Positions 29,255-35,254 of a stretch of DNA of 35,254 nucleotides are shown piece after piece. The stretch comes from an uncultured bacterium. Lineage in GTDB: Bacteria; JAGOEH01. A program made the translations under genes and the position numbers. A model generated the notes under the pieces. It saw only the letters and a program-made list of their open reading frames with translations, did not search any database and had not been told where the DNA came from. Where the stretch lies: contig CAZWDO010000030.1 of assembly GCA_964632485.1 (NCBI GenBank), positions 1 through 35,254 of the forward strand, written 5' to 3'. Each line of letters opens with the position of its first letter. The first letter of the stretch is position 1.

Positions 29255-29470
29255 TGCATTTCATCTTCCCTAAATTTATATTATGCCGACATCTCCACGG
29301 ATGGCGTTCCAAACCATTTGTCGTGATATTGTAAATAATGGGAGGGCTTTTTTAGCGAAGTTTCCGTTGGAAATTTCCCGCAATTTACAGCCTACTTTCA
29401 ATTCCAGCATTTAAAACCAACAATCCAGTACCTTACAACCAATTCAAAAGGCTCATCACATTTTCATCCT

Positions 29471-29499
29471 ACTATAATCAATCCTCAGTCGATTGTCAA
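29471..29499 (-). promoter_or_regulatory. sigma70 promoter upstream of the hybrid kinase
   Basis: Minus strand TTGACA-N17-TATAGT. Confidence 0.55.
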
Positions 29500-29674
29500 G
29501 TGAATAAACCATTTTTTTAAATTTTGTATTTCAATTGTAAGATACTTTAATTTTTACGATACCAAAAACCAGAATATTAATATTGCAGCGGCATTATCAT
29601 GTAATATTCTCCAAAATATAGCGCCTCTTCCTCTTGTCATTTTTACAAAATCGGGAATTAATCTTCTTCAATAG

Positions 29675-29760
29675 ATGACGGATCAGGGGATCGCAAGTCG
29701 GGAGAATATTGAGCTGCTGAAAAGCAGAAACTTAACTTATATTATTATTGCCTCATTGAA
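29675..29760 (+). pseudogene. Tiny DDE transposase remnant (IS1634/IS4-like)
   Basis: DQGIASRENIELLKSRNLTYII resembles the DRG...N+..L......YI motif around the second catalytic Asp. Confidence 0.4.
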
Positions 29761-30022
29761 ATCTGTTGAAGCTCTCCGAACCACATCTATATCCACTTCA
29801 AAATCCCCGTATTATTGTTGGAAAATCCCCGTATTACTATGGAAGCCATATTCAACTAAGTTATTGAGCTAGCTAAATGTTAGCGCCTGTAATGAAAAGC
29901 TCTAATATATTCTATCATATAGGGTTATTGTCATGACCCTATATTTTACCTATCAAAAAAAATTGAAGGTGAAAAGAATACTTAACAAATAAGATTGGGC
30001 GTTGTATACAAAATGAATGAAA

Positions 30023-32611
30023 TCATGGGATGTTTATGGCGCCGTTCACTTTCTTGTTTTGCTTCAGATGCGTGATGTCAATAACCATTCCCTGATATTT
30101 CAATATCTGGCCATCGCCATTCCTGACCGACTCGCCCGACGACATCAGCCAGCGAATCGAACCATCCCGATCAACGACCCGCCATTCGAGATTCAGTTTC
30201 TCGCCCTTGCCGACCGCTTCCCTGAGCTTGAGTTCCACCGCCTCGCGATCATCCTCATAGACCGATTCGCGCCAACTGTCGTAGGAAGGCTTGCAACCGC
30301 CGGGCTCCAGGCCATATAGCTCCCAAAGCTCCTGCGACCAGTAATTCTCATTCGTACGGACATCCCAGGTCCAAATGCCCGCTCGCGCCGCTTTCAGCGC
30401 CTCATGCAGCCGTTCCCGGGATTGCAGCAGCTCTTCGCTCATTTGCCGCAGATCCCATGCGCGGCCGATCATCTCCGCGATCGCCTTCAACAGCTTCACT
30501 TCATAATCCAGAAATATCGGATCGTCGCCCATCGCCGGAAGCGCCACATAACAAACCTCGACCAAACCGGGATATTCGCCCCCCAAATCGATCCTGGATT
30601 CCAGCCGGTATTCGGTTTCCTTCCAGCTTCTGGAAACAAACTCACTCCCATCCATCCGGATGCGCGCGGCGGCCAGTTCGGCATATTGCATGGCCTGAGG
30701 CAGCGCCGTTACGATTTGCTGCAAAATTTCGCTGAAATTCAGTCGATCATCCCATAAACAATCGGAAACCCGATAGAGGCAGTTGAGTTCCTTGGCCCGC
30801 TCCGTCAGTTCCAGATTACGCCGAAGCAATTCGTTCTCCTGCTTGCGGTAAGAGGTAATGTCCGTGGCTACTCCGCACAGCGCGATGGCAGCCTGGCGCT
30901 TGTCATAGATGATCTGGGCGCGGCAATCCATGATATGTTCGGTTCCATTGCGGTCATAATTGACGATTTCTCCCCGCCAATAGCCGTCCCGGCGCGTTCG
31001 TTCCACGATTTCCCGCTGGGTGGCCCCCCGTTGAGAATCCTCTCCGTACACTTGGGTGGACTGGCCGATCAATTGCTCTTTTTCATAGCCCAAAGAAACC
31101 GTCTGGGCCTGGTTGGTGTACTGGATGATCCCATTCAGGTCGGTGATCGTGACGTGATCCTTGACCTGATCGAGAACCAGAGATTTCAAATAGATTTCTT
31201 CCTCGGCCTCTTTACGCTCGGTGATATCGCGCGCGACAATATAGGAACGAATATAGCTTCCGTTTTCATCATAAATGAACGTGGCCCGGTCCTCGCGCCA
31301 GATATAATGTCCCAGCCGATGCCGGGCCCGAAACGTGTAGGTCAATTGAGGCTGATGGCTCCTGATGGCGCTGTCGATTTCATGGGATACCCGCTGGCGG
31401 TCATCAGGATGGACGATTTCCATGATCGAGCTCACATTCCGACCGGCTTCTTCAGCGGCTGAATATCCCAAAATTTTCAAATAGGAAGGCGAGACATAAA
31501 TGATCGAGCCATTCTCGAACACCATCAGGCCGTCGGAGGAATTTTCCGTGATCGACCGGAATTTCTCCTCATTTTTCTTCAATTCCGATTCGAATTCCAG
31601 GGATTCCTGCTGCAATCGTATTTTGTAAAGAGCCAGACTGACATGTTTGGCGGCATATTCAAGAAACTCGAGGTCTTCCCGGGTCCATTCGCGCGGTTCA
31701 AGGATTTGATTAATCGTAAAGAGATAATAGCCGTGTTCGTCAAAGGCCAGGGGATACCAGAGCAGACTTTTGATATTCAAGTCATGGTGAAGAATTTTTT
31801 CGGCATCGGCGCCGATGAAGGTTTCGTTTACCGCGTCCACATGGCTTTTCAAATAGGCTTTCGTCCGTCTGATTTGATCAAACGCGGCTCTGAACATGTC
31901 CAGCGAGCTATATCCCCCTTTGGTAGAAACAATGGCGGGATCTTCCCGGCTGAGCCATTCACACAGCCCGGTGATGCGGTTTTTCTCGAATGAGATGTCG
32001 TAGATCAAAACCCGGTCAACCGCCAGGGTCTCGCCAATAATGGCGTTGACGGTTTCGAGAAGCGCCTCTTTGTCCATAATCTCGATGGTGACTTCGGCGA
32101 TGCGGTTCAACGCCCGAGTGACGACCAACTGTCGGTCGCGTTCCATTTGCGCCCTAAGCCGCTCAACCAGCTCGCCTTTCAATCGTTCATTGACTTCGAA
32201 CAGGCGGAATGCCATTTTGATGGAGGCGATCAGCACCGTTTCCCCGGAATTCTTGACAATATAGCCGTAGGAGGTGATGCCTTCGGTCTTCGCGACGACC
32301 TCCCGTTCCGTATGCGACGACAGAAAGACCACCGGCAAATCATGCCGCTCGAGGATCAGCGTGGCCGCCCGGGTGCCGTCCATACCCGCTCCCAAATCGA
32401 TATCCATCAAAACCAGATCGATCTCGGTATGGGCATTCACCATTTCCAACGCTTGTTCGCCATTGCCCGCGATGATGACCCGATACCCGTATTTCTGCAA
32501 CATCATTTTTTCTCCCAGGGCGATCAAGGCTTCATCTTCCACTAATAAAATCGTTTTCAAAGCAGTATCCATCATCAACTCCAAAAGGTATGTATTTTTA
32601 GGCCCAATCAT
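30023..32611 (-). CDS. REC-GAF-multi-PAS signalling protein lacking an output domain (probably truncated)
   Basis: The REC domain is highly similar to that of 26102-29254; GAF (PREWTREDLEFL), PAS units and an ERAKELNCLY module follow; the ORF ends shortly after the last PAC (VIDITH). Confidence 0.85.
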   Translation of the reverse strand: MIGPKNTYLLELMMDTALKTILLVEDEALIALGEKMMLQKYGYRVIIAGNGEQALEMVNAHTEIDLVLMDIDLGAGMDGTRAATLILERHDLPVVFLSSHTEREVVAKTEGITSYGYIVKNSGETVLIASIKMAFRLFEVNERLKGELVERLRAQMERDRQLVVTRALNRIAEVTIEIMDKEALLETVNAIIGETLAVDRVLIYDISFEKNRITGLCEWLSREDPAIVSTKGGYSSLDMFRAAFDQIRRTKAYLKSHVDAVNETFIGADAEKILHHDLNIKSLLWYPLAFDEHGYYLFTINQILEPREWTREDLEFLEYAAKHVSLALYKIRLQQESLEFESELKKNEEKFRSITENSSDGLMVFENGSIIYVSPSYLKILGYSAAEEAGRNVSSIMEIVHPDDRQRVSHEIDSAIRSHQPQLTYTFRARHRLGHYIWREDRATFIYDENGSYIRSYIVARDITERKEAEEEIYLKSLVLDQVKDHVTITDLNGIIQYTNQAQTVSLGYEKEQLIGQSTQVYGEDSQRGATQREIVERTRRDGYWRGEIVNYDRNGTEHIMDCRAQIIYDKRQAAIALCGVATDITSYRKQENELLRRNLELTERAKELNCLYRVSDCLWDDRLNFSEILQQIVTALPQAMQYAELAAARIRMDGSEFVSRSWKETEYRLESRIDLGGEYPGLVEVCYVALPAMGDDPIFLDYEVKLLKAIAEMIGRAWDLRQMSEELLQSRERLHEALKAARAGIWTWDVRTNENYWSQELWELYGLEPGGCKPSYDSWRESVYEDDREAVELKLREAVGKGEKLNLEWRVVDRDGSIRWLMSSGESVRNGDGQILKYQGMVIDITHLKQNKKVNGAINIP

Positions 32612-33256
32612 GAAAAAAATATGAGCAAGCTTTAGCGGATAGGGGGTTCAAAAGGCCATGCCCTTTCCGGAAAAACGAGTCAACCTAACATTATTAAAAT
32701 AACACCCATTTCAGAATTTGTCAATAAAAAACTTTATTTTATAATTCGGCGCTGACAGGGCATAAAAGCCAATTACCAAGGAGATGCAGCGGCCTGCTAC
32801 CCAATTCGCACAGGGCACTGTTGCAGAACAATCTGATGCCGGAACGCTCCTCAAGCGACTCAATTTTATACGAAAGTTCAATACTAATTGATTTACCCCC
32901 ATCAATGTTAAACTAAATTTTCATTGGGGTTTGATGAGTTAACTGGTATATTCAACTCTTTATGACCAAACCCCTGTCAAACTCAAGTAGCTCCTTGATG
33001 GCGGTTATCTTTTTCAAGAGTTCAAAATAGCGCGCCACCTGACCGGGCGCCATCAGCTCTTTCACGCTCTCCATTAATTCCAGATACAGCTTTATATTTT
33101 AAACAATTACTTTATTAACCACTTGCTTTTTGTTGAATATTTTGTTATATTTTTTCTGTATTTGCAATCGAAAATTGGACATCAATATCTTGATATTGAA
33201 TCCAGGTTAATTGTTATTAACCGAAAAGGAGAAATTGTTGAAACACGCGTTCATGC

Positions 33257-33547
33257 TTGGTTGCATTTTATTTTGGAGCATTTTATGTTCAAAGGATCAA
33301 AAATGGCAACAAATTGGATTTCAGTCTATCACTGACCACGACTTTGGCTCCAAATAGGGATGGAGTCGCTGCTAAAACAGCAAGTCCACTATTGGAAATG
33401 AACTATAACTCCCCAATGAATTGGACTTTAGGCGCTCAAATTGGTATTTCCTATTTAAAATTGGAACGGAAAGGCTATGAGGCGAATTCCTTAATCCGAT
33501 TTGGAAATCCCATATTGCGATTCGGATTTCAATTTAAATATCGATAA
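33257..33547 (+). CDS. Hypothetical protein, possibly a fragment of an outer-membrane beta-strand protein
   Basis: Alternating hydrophobic pattern ending in LRFGFQFKYR; no clear start. Confidence 0.3.
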   Translation: MVAFYFGAFYVQRIKNGNKLDFSLSLTTTLAPNRDGVAAKTASPLLEMNYNSPMNWTLGAQIGISYLKLERKGYEANSLIRFGNPILRFGFQFKYR

Positions 33548-33667
33548 ACCGAATGGAATCATGGAAAAGACCGCCAAACCATACTGGGGCATACGGTTGG
33601 CATTTGATTGGGATAATGGCGTTCGCGTTTAATATGAGTTTCACTTATTTTCAGGAGAACTATTGAA

Positions 33668-34354
33668 ATGGATCGAACTCAATTGTATGATTACGCAGAT
33701 GGCAGGCGTTTTATCGGCAAGACGGCAAAAGAAATTTTCACCGAAATAGAGCGCAACAATGTATGGCTGGATTCGGAATCGGTTTCGGGAACTGGTTCTT
33801 CGGCGCAGCAGACTGGTGAACTGATACGGCAATTACCAGGGCTATTCCATCAATACCATATTCAATCCATATTCGATATTCCCTGTGGCGATTTCAATTG
33901 GTTTCGCCATGTGCGGTTAGATGGAATAAGATATCGGGGAGGAGATATCGTGGAATCGGTGATCCAGCGCAATACGGCGCGTTTTCAGCAGGAATCGATC
34001 TCTTTTATCCATTTCAATCTGCTGGAAGATGAGATTGAACCCGTCGATCTGATTTTTTCCCGGGATTGCTGGGTTCATTTTTCCTTTTCGGATGTCTATC
34101 AGGCTTTGAAACAAATTCTGCAAAGCGGAAGCATTTACATAATGACGACTACATTCCCCGGGCAATTGGTCAACAGCGATATTCCCACCGGAGGTTGGCG
34201 TCCGCTGAATTTGGAAGTGGAACCATTCAATTTCCCCGCGCCCGAATTTCTATTGAATGAAAAATGCACGGAAATGGACGGTGTCTTTCATGATAAATCA
34301 TTGGGATTATGGAAAATCGATTCATTGAGGAGCATATTGAAATTTAAAATTTGA
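33668..34354 (+). CDS. Class I SAM-dependent methyltransferase
   Basis: SVSGTGS, IFDIPCGDFNW, YRGGDIV, DLIFSRDCWVHFS, WRPLNL..PFNFP; AGGAG RBS. Confidence 0.88.
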   Translation: MDRTQLYDYADGRRFIGKTAKEIFTEIERNNVWLDSESVSGTGSSAQQTGELIRQLPGLFHQYHIQSIFDIPCGDFNWFRHVRLDGIRYRGGDIVESVIQRNTARFQQESISFIHFNLLEDEIEPVDLIFSRDCWVHFSFSDVYQALKQILQSGSIYIMTTTFPGQLVNSDIPTGGWRPLNLEVEPFNFPAPEFLLNEKCTEMDGVFHDKSLGLWKIDSLRSILKFKI

Positions 34355-34508
34355 TAAGGGTAAAAGCGGCTGATATGCCACTGGATTGGATAGCATTTTC
34401 AATCGAAGATAGAGTGGCTCATTTTTCAATTTTAATGCGCAGACCCTTTCACAGGGATAGACAGCCAAACTGAATAACAATGCGTCATCCATGGGTAACC
34501 CTCCGCCG

Positions 34509-34761
34509 GTCATGCCGGACTTGATTGCCGGGCTGGCGGGTCGCGCCCGGCATCCACGGGACAACAGCGTCATGCCGGACACCGATCCGGCATCCATGGG
34601 ACAACAGTGTCATGCCGGACACCGATCCGGCATCCATGGGACAACAGCGTCATGCCGGACACCGATCCGGCATCCACGGGTAAAAGAAAGACTGGATTCC
34701 GGGTCCGGAGCCGGACTGGCGGTCAAGCCCGGAATGACAGAAAAGAGGTGCCCGGAATGAC
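34509..34761. repeat. REP-like palindromic tandem array between convergent genes
   Basis: GTCATGCCGGAC...CCGGCATCCA units at 34509, 34569, 34609 and 34649 (40-bp period after the first unit), then inverted-type GGATTCCGGGTC...CCCGGAATGAC units. Confidence 0.85.
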
Positions 34762-34772
34762 AGAGAAGGTGA

Positions 34773-35254
34773 TTATTCGTTATCCGGCGTTATCTCTTCC
34801 ACCGTAACCTCGCAGCCGATGAAACGCAGCAGGTAGCCGCGCAGCTCCATGCCCGCATGGCGCGGCAGATGCGCCAAATCCCACTTCACCTGAGCGATCC
34901 CCTCCTGACGCTGAGCCTCGACCCGCGCCGCGTCCTTCGCCGATTCCAACGATAAATACTTCAGCTCGATCGCCGCTTCCACCTTCACCTCGCGCATCCG
35001 CGCCTTCAGATAAATATCCGCGTAACGCCGCTCCAGCTCATATTCGCTGTGCACCATATAGGCATTGCTCAGCATCAGATAGGCCATCATTACCATCTTG
35101 ACGTGCTTCTCATTCATCTGAATACTGTCGCGGTTGGAATACTTCGCCAGCGCTTGGGAAACAATCTCCGCCAGGGGCGCAATATCGCCGTTCAACGCTA
35201 GTCGTTCGATGCCGCTGCGGATTTCTGTTACATTCACATCGATTCGACTGTCGC
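34773..35254 (-). CDS. C-terminal PD-(D/E)XK nuclease domain of an AAA-ATPase-like (DUF1703/PDDEXK_9-type) protein; partial
   Basis: YSNRD...NEKHVK, SEYE...YADIYL, AIELKY; the frame stays open to the window edge. Confidence 0.75.
   Translation of the reverse strand, partial: DSRIDVNVTEIRSGIERLALNGDIAPLAEIVSQALAKYSNRDSIQMNEKHVKMVMMAYLMLSNAYMVHSEYELERRYADIYLKARMREVKVEAAIELKYLSLESAKDAARVEAQRQEGIAQVKWDLAHLPRHAGMELRGYLLRFIGCEVTVEEITPDNE

Noticed and set aside
29800-29945. Short tandem duplication, GTTAGCG box and small hairpin as an attC site
   Set aside because: No matching inverse core or consistent pairing; too weak to call.
30404-32624. Long plus-strand ORFs opposite the REC-PAS gene (and similar antisense ORFs elsewhere, e.g. 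15075-15611 and 12801-13256)
   Set aside because: Shadow ORFs of well-supported genes, with no recognisable motifs.
34509-34761. CRISPR array
   Set aside because: The intervening sequences are about 12 nt and nearly identical rather than unique spacers; no cas genes are present.
34491-34807. ORFs over the repeat array
   Set aside because: They are translations of GC-rich palindromic repeats.

Overview
Accessory/defence-island-like region of a bacterial draft scaffold with two N gaps (691-700 and 20647-20746); the host uses near-consensus sigma70 promoters and AGGAG RBSs. Left to right: (1) a decayed type I restriction-modification locus: hsdM split by an IS630 element, a DUF1016/YhcG nuclease gene, a half-size hsdS, a RAYT-like Y1 transposase carrying in-frame GTAG palindromes, a doubly frameshifted hsdR and an M48/YgjP-like peptidase; (2) an intact, tightly coupled five-gene operon (AT-hook/ParB-like/Zn-ribbon protein, soluble TPR-histidine kinase, atypical receiver-domain protein with an unknown output domain, small PD-(D/E)XK-like protein, Mrr), followed by an orphan IS21-like end; (3) minus-strand exported TPR and TPR-CHAT proteins and a truncated MBL-fold gene; (4) a complete En-minus group II intron (21773-23696, minus) inserted exactly after the stop codon of a FISUMP-domain gene, with EBS1/EBS2 matching that gene's 3' end; the gene end looks like a diversity-generating-retroelement (DGR) variable region whose GGCA-loop hairpin has been displaced 1.9 kb by the intron; (5) nuclease remnants, two REC-PAS signalling proteins, a SAM methyltransferase, a palindromic 40-bp tandem array and a partial PD-(D/E)XK gene. 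The two best candidates for undescribed biology are the two-component/ParB/Mrr operon and the intron homing into a putative DGR target end. All calls come from reading motifs; no database searches were run.
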